Shown here in pieces: positions 13,173-26,194 of a stretch of DNA of 64,000 nucleotides. The stretch covers positions 6,448,001 through 6,512,000 of the forward strand of contig CM074513.1 in the NCBI GenBank assembly GCA_037379345.1, read 5' to 3'. Source of the DNA: Perna viridis (lineage: Eukaryota). A program made the translations under genes and the position numbers. How positions within the stretch are numbered: position 1 is the stretch's first letter; each line of letters opens with the position of its first letter. The notes under the pieces were generated by a model, which worked only from the letters and a program-made list of their open reading frames with translations, was not told the origin of the DNA and searched no databases.

Positions 13173-14262
13173 TATCGTAGTTTTCCTCAGTGGATTCACA
13201 TTATTAACACATTTCAATTTAAGGAACTTCACATTGAATTAATTGTTATATGTTACCAGTGGTGTACCTTGTAACAAATTGCGAATATGATGTACTGGTA
13301 AAGATTAATATGATAATGTATTAATTAATGTATTGTAATGTAATAATCAGAAACAGCGGGTGTGATAAGAAAACAATTACAGCACTATATGAAACAAAGA
13401 TGGGTCGATCGTCGTGTAAACACAAGGGAAAATGCTTATAGATAAAGGGTAAAATGCGCGATGTTTGTTTAAGAGGATTTTGTGGGGTACGTAAGTTTTA
13501 ATTTGAAATAGAAACAAGGTTTTTTCGGAGTTTAGGGGCTGTGTTAACATACAAGATTTAATATGCTTTGACGATAGTTTCTTTTAAGGTTTTCAGCTTT
13601 CAAAGTGTGAACTCTGCTTTTTGATGGTAACAGCTAAGCTTTTTTTTTGTATTGTTAGTCGCAATGTAACAGCATGTTTTGCTTTCTATTGCAGAATTTG
13701 AATGAAGACATAATTTATTGTTGGTGCTAACACGTGCTACCGTAACGTTGAGTTGCTAATGTCATTTATTACTCATGCATTTTCGAACCACTTCTTTTTA
13801 ATATATATACAGTCGATTGCGTGATGGATGAAATCTAGGCCATGATTGTGGAATCGGAAAGTTTGCTTTATTATCGGTAATGACTCCCTAAAGATGAGTT
13901 GAGATAGCTGCCGTTTCTATTAGAGAATTGGGAGTTGTCTGTTTGGAGGATGGTCGATATAACCATCGTTTCATAATATCATTCTCATTTATCTCATAAC
14001 CGAAATTTCTGCCAATGTCATAAATGCTTACGTGAATAATGATGTAAGAAGTGTTTGGTAAGACGCCTGAATTCTCATTCTTGTTTTAATACTTCTCGAC
14101 CAAACGAGAAGCTTTCGTGAGCCGATAAATGGATGATGTCATACCAAAGATTACGTCATTCATCAATGAAACTTAAGTTATAAGTTTTGCCACTAACATA
14201 AAAACAAGAAAAATAGAACACAAGAAAGTTGGAATGAAGTAAAAATAATATCAACAACTCGT

Positions 14263-14394
14263 NNNNNNNNNNNNNNNNNNNNNNNNNNNNNNNNNNNNNN
14301 NNNNNNNNNNNNNNNNNNNNNNNNNNNNNNNNNNNNNNNNNNNNNNNNNNNNNNNNNNNNNNNNNNNNNNNNNNNNNNNNNNNNNNNNNNNNNN
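14263..14394. other. Assembly gap (132 N)
   Basis: Run of N. Confidence 1.
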
Positions 14395-15020
14395 GTTGTC
14401 TTTGTTTGATTCTTTTTGTAGGGAGGGGTGTTTTAAGCAGTCAAACGTAATTGCCTATAAACAGCTAGCCCAAGATTGAATCACGAATTTTAACTCTTGA
14501 TGCATCATAATTTTGTTTTAATTTACATATACTGTCAGAACAAACTTAAATTGCAAATAGCACTTCCAGCAGAGAAACAAAACACAAGTGGGTTACTTTG
14601 AAAACATTCAGAACAAGTGTTCGATTCGTAAGACACGGACGTAATAACCTATTTTAACTATGAAGACAAATATAGATTATTTCATCGAGAATTAAGCATG
14701 ATCAAGTTAAGAAAACAATATGTAGTAAATGCATTTAACTTGGCAAAAAATGTACTTATGACGTTACAATCGTTAGGAACAGATGGTGTTTAATCTTAAC
14801 CAATAAATTTGCCAATAAATGTTTTGTACCCAATTAGTTTTTCATTACGGTAATTCATACATGAAATGTAAGATATTGACGATATCTTATACTTCCAAAA
14901 AATCCTCTCAACTATGTATGCTGTAGGCAGTAAAAAATATGTTGCTGTACTGTCTATTTTCCTTATTCAAGCGGACATAAATTATGCTAAATCTTACGAT
15001 TGGTTGATCAAAGAGGGCAA

Positions 15021-15058
15021 ATTATTATCATCATTATTATTATTATTATTATTATTAA
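15021..15058. repeat. (ATT/ATC)n microsatellite
   Basis: Directly visible; explains the poly-Ile ORF. Confidence 0.95.
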
Positions 15059-15597
15059 TGTTGTATTTATTTTTTTAGTATGCGCCTATTGCACATGCTT
15101 AATAGTTAAAGGCAAAATTTGTCCTTCTGTTCGTAAACAATTTTCCTTCCATTGCTATTTGAAACATAAGCCATTCTCAGTCAACATGTATGTTTAAATC
15201 ATCGCTGGTCTTGATATACTGCGAATGAAACATTTCAAAATGATATAAATAAATATATAAATAAACTCGAAATGTCTTTATCTATTGTTCATTCCAGCGA
15301 TTTATAACCCCTTACTACAGAGAACGGAATATCACAATCAGTTTATATGTTTGTCGCCTTTGTATTAAACAATACTGGTGTTTGCAGATTCAGGCATTTC
15401 ACTGAAATCCACGTTGAAATCAATGTTTTCAATCTTTTTCGATTTTATCAAATTCCATTTGTCTCATGGACTTTCAACTTTACTTTCATGTCAAAAATCA
15501 AAAGAATAATACACGTCTGGTATCAGGAATATAGAACAACAAAGGGCTATACCATTTGTACAACTAACTTAAAAGTACTGTGATATAGGTGACACGC

Positions 15598-16003
15598 ACG
15601 CATGCTGGTACGAGAACACAATTAATTTCCCTTGGTTTTCGTTGTATAGTTCCAACTTTGGTAGTAGGTACCTTCCACATTTTTTCACATTTTACTGGAA
15701 ACTTATTTGCTGAAGTTTTGCCTCTAATTGGTAGAAAATAGATTAAATTACATGGGATTTGTTTTCATTATTCAATTCTGACTAAAAGTTGTGATTTGGT
15801 TCAGTGGAAGAAGGTTAAAATTTAGGACTTAAAACTCGGTTCATTTGTCATGTTTACCCCATCTCCGGGTTGTATGTATTAATTTCAGAAAATGATGGTA
15901 AAATTTTCTACAATTTATATATAAAATTCTATTTGTACATATCTTTAGGTCAGAGAAGTTTTATTCAGTTTGCTCCGGTGGAATTTTTTAATCTGCTCAA
16001 ATG
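15598..16003 (+). repeat. Left arm of a ~400-bp inverted repeat
   Basis: Reverse complement of 17799-18196 with few mismatches. Confidence 0.92.
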
Positions 16004-16460
16004 AAAACTGATTTATTCAATGGGTCATAGTTTTCCTTTCCTCGTTTGTCTACCCCGGACTTTTCATGAGCAACTCGGCGGGTGTTTCTAGAAAAGCAGA
16101 GGACGCTTACCCTACCGGTGCACCTGGTCCATGCTCCCAGTTTTTAGTGGAGTCCGAGTTGCTCATTTGCTGTTGTAACTTTGTATGTATGATTTTAGTT
16201 ACTTTATGTTCTTTGTTGTGTATGTATGTTTTCCGTGTCGGGTCTTTGTCCCTGGATTGCTTTCTTTTGATTACCGCTATGACCTTGGTTTCCTTGATTA
16301 CTCTCTCCAATCATTGAAATACAAATCCGATCAAAACGTACGTTAATTATTTTGGTTTTGTATGTTCTTTGTTGTGTATGTCTGTTTTCCATGTCTGGTC
16401 TTTGTTCCAGGATTACATTCGTTTTATTTCCGCCAGAATTATGGTTCCCATGTTTACTCT
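15999..16460 (+). mobile_element. Family A Penelope-like 3' end (last RT codons plus UTR) with a partial tandem second UTR
   Basis: ATGAAAACTGATTTATTCAATGGGTCATAG encodes MKTDLFNGS*, matching MKTDLYNVS* at 24404. UTR runs to ~16305; a diverged UTR repeat lies at 16345-16460. Confidence 0.85.
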
Positions 16461-17107
16461 TTGTTCGATTTAAAATACTGATGTTTGTGTATTTATCTTT
16501 GTTACAGCGAGTGAAACATAGACGCCGAAGGAAAGAGTTGGTCTTCCCAAGATTAAACAAACTACTTTTTGGTGATTTCTGAATGTATTTACTATTTTTA
16601 TATGGGATACACGATGGGGCTTTTTCTATTCCTTAATTACATGATAGAGTAGTTCACTGGACACTAGACAAAAAGATTTAAAATGTTAGTAATATCTGAT
16701 TTATCAGGTTAATTTTGGACTTGAATGAGTTAATAATGGATTCTAGAATTAGTGTTCGGTAATTTTGTTGTTACCCTTATTTAGATAATAATATCTATGA
16801 AAAGATAAGAAAGTTAGCACCTCTTTGAACCACATCTGCATGGACATGTACACAAAATATTTCTTTAGGTATTGTTCATTTAATTAATCAAGGGGAAGTC
16901 CTATTCTGTCCCTAAAGTTAACTACAAGTATATTACTTGTAAACAGTAATCAGTAAAACGACAAAAATAAGTATGCAAGCAAAAATTCATTACTTAGTTA
17001 AAACATTTCAAGAAACCGCAGAGTACTGCGACAAATCATGCTTCACTGGACGACAAATACAAAATTATATACCGGTTTATTAAAACAATTAAATGTGTGA
17101 CATGGTA

Positions 17108-17277
17108 CAGTAAAACCTGTCTAAATCGAACTATTTCCTACCTTTAAAATTTGTTTAGTTTAGACAGGTGTTCGGTTTACCTAGGATCAAAACCCATTCA
17201 AATTCAAGGGACTTCAAATAGTGTCTGATTTAGACAGTTTTCCGGGGAGGGGGGTTCCATTCAGATATGTTTCACTG
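17108..17277 (+). mobile_element. Tc1/mariner-type MITE (TA TSD, CAGT termini)
   Basis: TA|CAGTAAAACCTGTCTAAA...ATGTTTCACTG|TA. Confidence 0.8.
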
Positions 17278-17798
17278 TAACTCATTTTCTTAGAAATAAA
17301 ACATTCTTTGGAATGCTAGTGTTTATGGTTTGTGCAATAATGTCAGAGTTGTTTAAGATCATGAAACAATTAAAAAACGGGAATTTTCTTTGAAGTAATT
17401 TGCCAAAGAAGTTTATGATGGAATAGTAATTAAATAGAACAAGCAAAGATTTGTGAAATAGATATAAAAAAAACCTATCAAATCTCAGACTGGCGTGATT
17501 TTAATGAAATGCAAAACAAAAATTAGAACTCGAGTCGTAAGATTAGTGTACATGTAATATTGCGCATGTACAAATGTAAAAATTGGAATCCGTTTACCAA
17601 GGATAGGAGGCAGACAGTAGCCATGAAAGTTTTTAGCACTGTACAAAATTCTCAACACAAAGAGTAATTAATAACAAAAAAGACGGCGCTTTCTAAAGCA
17701 TAATTGTAATTCATGAAAAACGACCGGATATTGTGATACGTACAAATTAAATGCAGGCACGAGACCGCAATTAATTTTCAAATGCATTTCAATATACA

Positions 17799-18196
17799 CA
17801 TTTGAGCAGATTAAAAAAATTCCACCGGCGCAAACTGAATAAAACTTCTCTGGCCTAAAGATATGTACAAATAGAATTTTATATATAAATTGTAGAAAAT
17901 TTTACCATCATTTTCTGAAATTAATACATATAATTTGGAGATGGGGTAAACATGACAAATGAACTGAGTTAAAAGTCCTAAATTTTAACCTTCTTCCACT
18001 GAACCAAATCACAACTTTTAGTCAGAATTGATTAATGAAAAAAAATCATGTAATTTTAACCTATTTTCAACCAATTAGAGGCAAATCTTCAGCAAATAAG
18101 TTTCCAGTAAAAATATGAAAAAATGTGGAAGGTACCTACTACCAAAGTTGGAACTATATTCGTTTAATTAATTGTGTTATCGTACCTGCACAAGCG
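17799..18196 (-). repeat. Right arm of the ~400-bp inverted repeat
   Basis: Reverse complement of 15598-16003. Confidence 0.92.
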
Positions 18197-21072
18197 AATA
18201 ACCTTAATCCAAATCAGAGATTACCAGGAGTTCAGGATTTTATGAGGTTTTTTTTTCCAAATGTAAAGGCGCGCAAATAAACATAGAAACCCTATAGGTG
18301 TTCCACGAAGTTTTTTTTTCTTAAACATAGCATTGGAACTGAACCAAATTTTGTTAAACGAGAGGGCGCATCTGTTCAAACTCTTTCTAGTACCTGCATA
18401 TTTTTTTGCTACCTTTCTTTGTAAAGGTACCAGTCTTGTATTGCATATCCCTGAGCGGGTGTACGTCAAAGCATTGGAGGGTATAAAAATATAGTGCATT
18501 TTCTTTTTTCCTCTTTACAATCTAATGTTTTGTCAAAAGATAAGAAAAATGACTTATTAAATAAAGCAAACATAAAACTACAAGATGACAGACATTTTGT
18601 TATGAAAATTTAACATTATATCACAAAAATATTCCTCTAAAACGGGTTGGCACTGGCTATTTATAGTTCAAGACTACTTTTCTGTCCAATATTGGTGGAC
18701 TCATCCTTCTTTTATTGCTGGAAATAATTTTTTTCACATCTACTTAGAAATGCTGCGTAAGTGAAAGTGTTATTGAATCAATTAACATATTTCTTTTTGA
18801 ATTCTAAAAATATGCACTGCACTTTAGAAGTCTTTGGGAATACTAATGCAATACTGAGACCTAAAAGGCTCATTAAGCGGGAACGGTCATTTTCATGGAA
18901 CGTATTACTCAAGACTAAGGAATGTATAAAAGGTGTTTTACGCTTTCAAATCAGTAATTGACACATAAAAAAACAAATAATTCTGCTTAATTTTCTACAT
19001 GTGGTTAATCCCTTATAAAAAAAAACGGCAAATTTACCACAAATTTGGGACAATGATTTAAACATGACTGTTCTCCATTTACAACCGTGAGAATCTGTTG
19101 TGATATATTCATCACATGGTGTTCAAATGGCTCACATATCCGAAGTATTGAAACATTTAAGGGCATATGTTTTATTTTGGATATTGTCCATTGGGTTTTG
19201 TCTCCATAGCCACTCAAGTCAAAAACGTTAGGTACTGAAATAAACTTTTTAAAAAAGCCAATTAATGCAATATCAGATAACTGCTTTATACGCCAGAAAC
19301 CAGAAAGCGGCTTCTTTTCACAGGCTTCCGAGAATAAAATAACGGATATCGATCGGATATGATGTAACCGTTCAATGTAAACATTTTTCTTCCTCTTTGT
19401 ATGAAGATGATAATTTGCAGTTATAAGGCTGACGCATTAAACTTTCTCAGATGAATATTTTTTAAAAGGGTTGGATGACTACAATAGGAAATATAGATGA
19501 AATGTGTTTAAAAGCCCTTGGTTTGTGCGTCAAGATAAATGTTATAGAACTCTATATTTATAGCCAATACCAAAATTTAAATGGAATACAGTCTCAAAGC
19601 CGTTAAGTTAATCGATCAATTTTTGTGAATTAAATATGGCAAAATTGAAAATTTATCATTCAAGGTGAAACGGAGAAAATAACATGGCTTCATTTGGTTT
19701 AATGATTTATTTAATTATTCAAAGCACTCCCTATCAAGCAAGAAATTAGTAATTAGTGCATTAATTTACATCTCGCAGTCGCGACCTTCGAAGCCGTTTG
19801 TTCTCATCTGGTGTTAGTAGTAGATTTGCTGTTAGATAAGTTATAAATATCAAAACATAATGATAAAAATAACATGCCTACCTGAATTAGCTGAGTTTGA
19901 AGAGTGTAGCCGCTTTCTTGAACGGGTGCTTAGAGATCGTTGTATCCGAACCGAATTTTTAGCTCCTGGTCTCCGTATCTTCAATTTTCTTAAAGCTTGG
20001 CCCACTGAAAATGAAATTGCATCCAATTTATCCATTTAAAACGTTTTTAATCCAAAGTATAGTTACGTTTCCATGGGAACATTTGAATTTTACTTACTTC
20101 TCTGTTGGATCTTTGACATGTTTAATCCTCTTTCACGTGCATTTCCGAGGTAAAAAAACAATTGTTTTACACGTGCAGCGAGCACAAAAATAATCTTGTG
20201 TATTGGCAGAGAAATAATTAATTGCTACCTGTGAATCGGAATATTGACACACACAAGTTGGCAAATATACGCAAGAGCCGATACCAGAGCTATTCCACTA
20301 TGTACATTGATACGTGCCAAAACCTTATTGGAATTCCCTGCTTCGTGAAGAATAGATTACTTATTGTCAGCTTTATTTGAACAATATTTACTATTTTGAT
20401 CCAAAATAAGACAACCATCGAACGAAAACTGAAATTGATTTTCGGTATTTGCATAAAACATTTCATTTAACACTTAATCAATCTTTAAGCGGAATGTTTT
20501 CCTGCCTGCACCCCGTATAGCGACTGAAAAACTCTCAAATATTGACGTTTTTAGAATACGTAGATATAGAAATTGATATAAATTGTTGAGCATTGATCGG
20601 CACAAAATGGTTCCAAACGTCTCTGGTGGTTTAGCCTAGAACACACATCCTTCTTTCAGAGTAGAAGAAAAATATACCATACTGAACTACCAATCAATTG
20701 CTAAGAGAAAGATATGTTCTGAATTCTCCTAATTCGACAATCGGTATTAATTAAGGGCGAGTTGTTCTTTTACTCGAAGAAATATCTGCGAGAGATTTTT
20801 CTTTAACAGACTTTGTGACGTAATCTTTCTGATCTAATACGTAAAGGTCACCTATCTGCACGTGAAAGATAAAATTATTGCTGCATCTAATTCCGTATTG
20901 TAATTTTTTGCTCAGTTACTTTTCAGAAAGTTCCAGTTAGCTGCAGGTATATAATTTTCCGAGTATTTTATTTAGTATCACGCACTTTTAAAATTGATTT
21001 TTGTACTGGTTCATGTGCTACACTAACAGTCTAAACAGTTCTTCTTTGTTACCATAAATGGAAATAAGTTCA

Positions 21073-21076
<4 letters not shown>

Positions 21077-21131
<55 letters not shown>
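21077..21131. repeat. (AT)n microsatellite
   Basis: Directly visible. Confidence 0.98.
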
Positions 21132-21134
<3 letters not shown>

Positions 21135-21187
21135 CCGGAGGGCACTGGTGCGTTATAGGACAAACTACATTGCCTATGATACCAATA

Positions 21188-21409
21188 CAGTAAAACCTTC
21201 TAACCCCAACTCCTTTCTAACATTATACAATAAAAAAAAACCTGTTCAAACCGAACTCATTCCTACCTTTAAAATGGTTCGATTTAGACAGGTGTTCGGT
21301 TTACCAAGGATCAAAACGCATTTGAATTTATACAAAACGGGACTTAAAAAGTGTCTGGTGTAGACAGTTGTTCGGATTATTCAGGGTTCGGTTTAGACAG
21401 GTTTCACTG
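21188..21409 (+). mobile_element. Tc1/mariner-type MITE, same family as 17108
   Basis: TA|CAGTAAAACC...GGTTTAGACAGGTTTCACTG|TA; shares the internal TTTAGACAGGTGTTCGGTTTACC. Confidence 0.85.
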
Positions 21410-21478
21410 TATTTCTTAAAGTAAATGTAAATAATGTACAGCAGTAACAAACAAATATATTGCTGGTTTATTCCTATT

Positions 21479-21655
21479 GATTTGTTGATTGATTGATTAG
21501 ATGGTGGTTTTACGTCCTATGGCAGATATTTTATGCATATCAAGAGGAGAAAGTATGGTCAATTGAAAAGATCCTGCATTGTTCTAAAAATTTTGAAATG
21601 GGATCGATCCTACAACCTCTTGCATTCGAAGCAAGCACGCTACCACGAGACAACA
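21479..21655 (-). mobile_element. Degenerate, internally deleted tRNA-headed SINE
   Basis: Minus strand reads GTGGTAGCGTGCTTGCTTCGAATGCAAGAGGTTGTAGGATCGATCCC (A- and B-box-like) and ends GGACGTAAAACCACC plus (AATC)n. Confidence 0.55.
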
Positions 21656-21712
21656 TAGATCATACCAAACACTTCTGTGTCTGTAAAATATATTATTAAC
21701 TAATGCGTTTAA

Positions 21713-21924
21713 GGAGGTAGACCTAGGGTAAGGGACATAACTCATGAAGTCATTGATATGTTTGTATCATATTCAATTTCACTAAAGGCTATCAAGCTCT
21801 CATTTGACATAGAATAAAATTAATCTAAGTTACTTTGATGCTTACATGACATTGATGTAAAATGCTGAATACAAACGTTCCAAAGATTTTGAAGAGTTGT
21901 GTCCCTTACACTAGGTCTACCTCC
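21713..21924. mobile_element. Kolobok-like MITE, inverted copy of 12687-12891
   Basis: TTAA|GGAGGTAGACCTAGGGTAAGGGACATAACTC...CTAGGTCTACCTCC|TCAA. Confidence 0.85.
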
Positions 21925-21965
21925 TCAAATATACAATAGAAATTGGCAGGTTTAAAAAGAACCAC

Positions 21966-22150
21966 CAAAATACCAGTCTTTATAGAGAATTGGCTGGTCT
22001 TGATATGGACATTAATTTGCCTTTATAAAGAATTTCAACTTCCGGTAGTGTAATTAAAATCCATATTAAGACCTGCCCAGTAAATTATGTATGAAAGACA
22101 ACTGAAATTCATATTAAGACTAGTTAATTCTCTATAAATACCAGTATTTT
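21966..22150. repeat. Imperfect ~43-bp inverted repeat (MITE-like remnant)
   Basis: AAAATACCAGTCTTTATAGAGAATTGGCTGGTCTTGATATGGA pairs with TTCATATTAAGACTAGTTAATTCTCTATAAATACCAGTATTTT. Confidence 0.65.
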
Positions 22151-23965
22151 CGCAAAAAAAAAAACAACAGTTGAAAGATGATTCTTTAAACAGCATATAA
22201 ACACATTAGTTAATAGAGGTGTCGTAAAATGAGTATTTTCATACTAATACTAAATAAATTCCTTGTAAAGTCGAATTGGGTTTCGATCACCTGTATTGAC
22301 CCAAGGCGCACTATTAGTATATCATATGAGTACGTGTATTGCGATATTCCAACATTTGGAAGTGTATAATACAGGACGATTCAGTTATGCACTCCAACTT
22401 TTGAAACTTAAGTGTATAAGAGAGCCAACATGTGATATTTTAAAAAAAGGGCGCCAGGGCTATGATGAAACTTGAAATAACAGAAATAAGGAATAAATGT
22501 ATATATAATTGTTTGCAACGAAGAAAAAACGGGACCAATAATTTCTCAATATAAAAGAGGTCGGATAGAAAGTTTCATCTTCACCCCCATCCCCCATAAC
22601 AATGAAATGGTTGCTCCATACTTGTTCTATTGTGACTTTTCCTAAACTGTACGAGGTCGATATCAATCAAAACTAAAACCGGTATCATATAAAAAAAGAG
22701 CACAAAGCCATAAGAGCAAAGTAAGAAAAATCAAGAATTGTTTGAAAAACACATTCCCTAAGACTTAAAAATGCTTTTCCATTTTAAAAGGGGCGTAAGC
22801 CGGTCCGCCCTTAAGTAGGTTAATTTTCTGTATCCGAAGAGTCTTCATATTATATTTCCTATCACATGCTGGCAAGAAAACTTCTAACACCATTTCCATC
22901 TACTAAAGAACCATAAGTTATCATGTAGATCTGTATTATATGAACAGTTTAGTCCATAAACCTGTTAGCCAGACCCCTTTGTCTCTATAATGATATCCCT
23001 AATTGCTTTAGCTGTGAGAGAGATACGAAGTAAAGTCAGAAGACAGTTTATAAATGCATTTGGAGATTGCTTCTGATGTTCGGTTAATGTTTAAAAGGAT
23101 TGGTCTTGGGTTCCTAAATGGTATCTCGTCGAATATCTCTCAACGGGGAAAATTTATTACAGAGATAGTATTAACATGCCAAGAAACACTATGTAAGGGC
23201 ATGAGAGTAAATTTACCAGTCTAGTTAACTTACAGTTGAAACTAGTTGAAACTGACGTCGATTTATTCAAGGAAAAAGATATGATCAATATTATATTTGT
23301 ATCGCTACTGACCAATTTTACATGTACTTGTAGGTCGAGAAAGTTAAGTATGAGTCGTCCTAAGAATCGTGCAGACTTTAGGGTGATTTCTATGCTTAAA
23401 GTTCCTTGATTTTATTTGCAATAAAGTATATTCACTGGTCGAATTCAAGAACCAATGTTAATGTTTCTTTTTTTCTTTTTCCATTTTGTAGGAAATAAGG
23501 AACCGATCAAAGCATGTTCGCTTTGTTTTTAACTATCTTCTCCGAGGACCAAAAATCCGTTTCTCTAATTTCTACATAACACTAGGCTTAAAAACGGTAT
23601 GATATCTGTGTATCTGACTTAGGGAAAATTTGTTTCACTACGTTGCATGTCTCCTTCGTAGTTTTTCTTTAATGTTCAATTTTTAGGACTGGAACATAGG
23701 TGACAAAAGAATTGGGTGCTGATTGTAGTTTTACGTCCCATGTCAGACATTACGTGCATTACATGTAGATCAATCGTGTGGTCGATCGAAAAGACCCTCT
23801 TTTCACTAGTGCGACACACTGAGCCAGGTTTCTAACGTTCTTGCTCAAATAATACAACATACGTATTATGTGAGGACTGGCCATATTCTACCAAATTATG
23901 GTTTGAGGAGCACAACGGCCTGAATTATGTGCTTCTTCAAAGAACAGATGCACGTGCATCATTGG

Positions 23966-24403
23966 AAAAGTTATCAAGAGGATCAAGATCCGAGCAGAAA
24001 TCAAATAAAAAGAATATATTCCAAGTATAAAAACTAGAGAGGGAAAATAGACACACAAAACAAAGAACATGAAACAACCATAATAATGCAAACAAAGAAA
24101 CTAAAATGTAAATAAGCAACCCAGACTCCATTGAAAACTGGGACCAAGTGCACCGGTGAGGTTAGAGTAATCAAGGGAACCAAGACTCTAGCGGTAATCA
24201 AAATAATTTAATCTAGGGACAAAGTCCTGACATGGAAAACAGACACACACACCAAAGAATATAACATAACCAAAATAATACATACAAAGTAACAACAGTA
24301 AATGAACTACTCGGTCGTCACTAAAAACTAGTGCATGGACTAGGTGCACCGGTAAGGTAAGCGTCCTCTGCTTTTCTAGGGTAGACGAAAGAATAAAGGA
24401 AAA
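23966..24403 (-). mobile_element. Two head-to-tail family A 3' UTR copies downstream of the RT fragment
   Basis: 24164-24403 and 23966-24163 both match the reverse complement of family A. Confidence 0.8.
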
Positions 24404-24840
24404 CTACGACACGTTGTACAAATCAGTTTTCATGATGCAGACGGATACAGCGTAACGAGCCACGAGTTCATAATGACGACCATAAAACCTCTGTAGTGAC
24501 GACTTCAATCTTGTAACAAAATAACCATGTTCCAGAAGCTTAATTGTAAGAAATCTAGCGCGATACGCAGTTGCTGAAGGGATGTTGCTACAGATGAAAG
24601 GAAAGTTGACAATACGGAATGAAAAGTCATCGCATTTGTCGTATAGTTTGGTTAATAGTATTCTATTACCATCGATTTCTAAGAGTAGGTCAAGACATGA
24701 GGCTGACTTCACAGTGTCTGTAGTCTGTAGTATCCTTTATCTCAAGTTTTCTGGAATAGATGTGATGTATCAAACTCCCGAAACTAGAATTGTTTAACGA
24801 TGATACGTCATCTAAATAGCGAAAACTGACAGAGATTAAA
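24404..24840 (-). pseudogene. Penelope-like reverse transcriptase C-terminal fragment (frameshifted, internally deleted)
   Basis: Minus strand reads FRYLDDV..LNN..F...IY..LEIKDTTD / KSASCLDLLLEID...TKLYDKCDDFSFRIVNFPFICSNIP...LKSSLQRFYGRH, i.e. the YxDD catalytic motif plus a PLE-type thumb region. Confidence 0.85.
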
Positions 24841-25808
24841 GGTTAGCGTGCTCTGCTTTTCTAGAAATATCGGAACTGCAAGGAAATTATGAAAATCTTG
24901 ATTAACTGATATTAGTTATTATATATCTTTTAGAATTTATCTTTCGTCTCGTGTAAAGTCATTTAGTGCTAGCAGACGAATGTTCATAGCTTTTTGAATT
25001 AGGAAGAAAAATATGTAATAAAAGGTGGTGAAAATTGTGTCTTAATCGAAATATCATATATCACTTCATCAAAATTCTTCGCCGGATTAAATATGTTCAG
25101 ACGGAAATAATATGTCCGTCATCAATCATTTCTTCTCAGACATGAAAATCCGGTCAGTTTTAGATGAACAAACAACCTTGTACGAATTATTTTTCATCAT
25201 TTTATTGCTTCTTGGCTTCTACCGAATTCATTATCATAAGTTCCGACCCGCACTAGTGTTAGGAATGTGTTTTCTTAATGTCTGAAGTCGTATCCTTTAG
25301 ACAAAATTTTCCCACAATTATGTTCCTCCCTGTTCATTTAAGATTTTGGAGGAAAACTTTTTTCTGGAAAGAATGTCACCAAAACATAATGAGTTTAGTG
25401 CTTCGAAAGGAAAAGCATAGGAAGTACTATAATTGTGCAATAAGTCGTCTGCAAATGCTTAAAAGAAGCCGCGTGACAGCGACCACATACAGGGTCCTTT
25501 GTTTTTCAGGAATGTTTTGATAAACACTACCGGCCAATTTTCAATACATCGGTATTTGCACCAAGATAATTGTGCAATTACATGTATCTAAGATGGTCGC
25601 AAAAATACAGTCACACTTTATTGGTATGTTCGCAGAGCCATATATCTTGGTTTGAATATCCCGGTTTTAGGAGAATATGGTATTTAGGGAATTCAAAATG
25701 TATATGCACGTGGACAATTCGTACAAACAGTGTGTATTGTGTTTGAAAATCGTCGATTTGACGGTGACTTTGAGTTTATTTGCGACGTGTAGCAACTGTC
25801 AAATAAAA

Positions 25809-26194
25809 GAACTTCTCCGTCTAAAAATCGGGCAAAATGTATATAAAATGTGGCACATGAAGGAAAAAACAGAGATTTCATTGTGTTACCCAATTAATTA
25901 TATATCTTATAACCACCAGAAATAACCATCCAAGTGTTTGTAAAATTTGCCTCTTTAAAGATATTGATAGGTCAAATTTAGTTGAAATGAACTACGGAAA
26001 ATGTAGGGAAAATTTTCCTGCACTCTTTTCTTATATAAGCAGTCAAAAAGTATCTACGTCATCGATGCTTCAGAATAAACTTAAATAGCTTTTTGGTTGT
26101 TTTCTAGATGTACTGAATATACTTTAGGGAAAAATGACTAAAATGGGGGAAAATTATGTGTTACTCATTGCCTGATTCTTACACAGAATAGTAC
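25809..26194 (-). mobile_element. MITE family B subfamily 2, full inverted copy of 11580-11957
   Basis: ACTTCTCCGTCTAAAAATCGGGCAAAATG ... CATTGCCTGATTCTTACACAGAATAGTAC|TTAA; colinear with the reverse complement of 11580-11957. Confidence 0.8.

Noticed and set aside
16066-16166. SECIS element in the PLE 3' UTR
   Set aside because: ATGA is Watson-Crick paired in the stem, and there is no AA(R) 11-12 nt downstream or GA quartet.
21058-21363. 101-aa ORF with a (YI)n tract
   Set aside because: Made of an (AT)n microsatellite plus a MITE.
21600-21655. tRNA gene
   Set aside because: No full cloverleaf, and it is linked to a SINE-type tail; this is a decayed SINE head.
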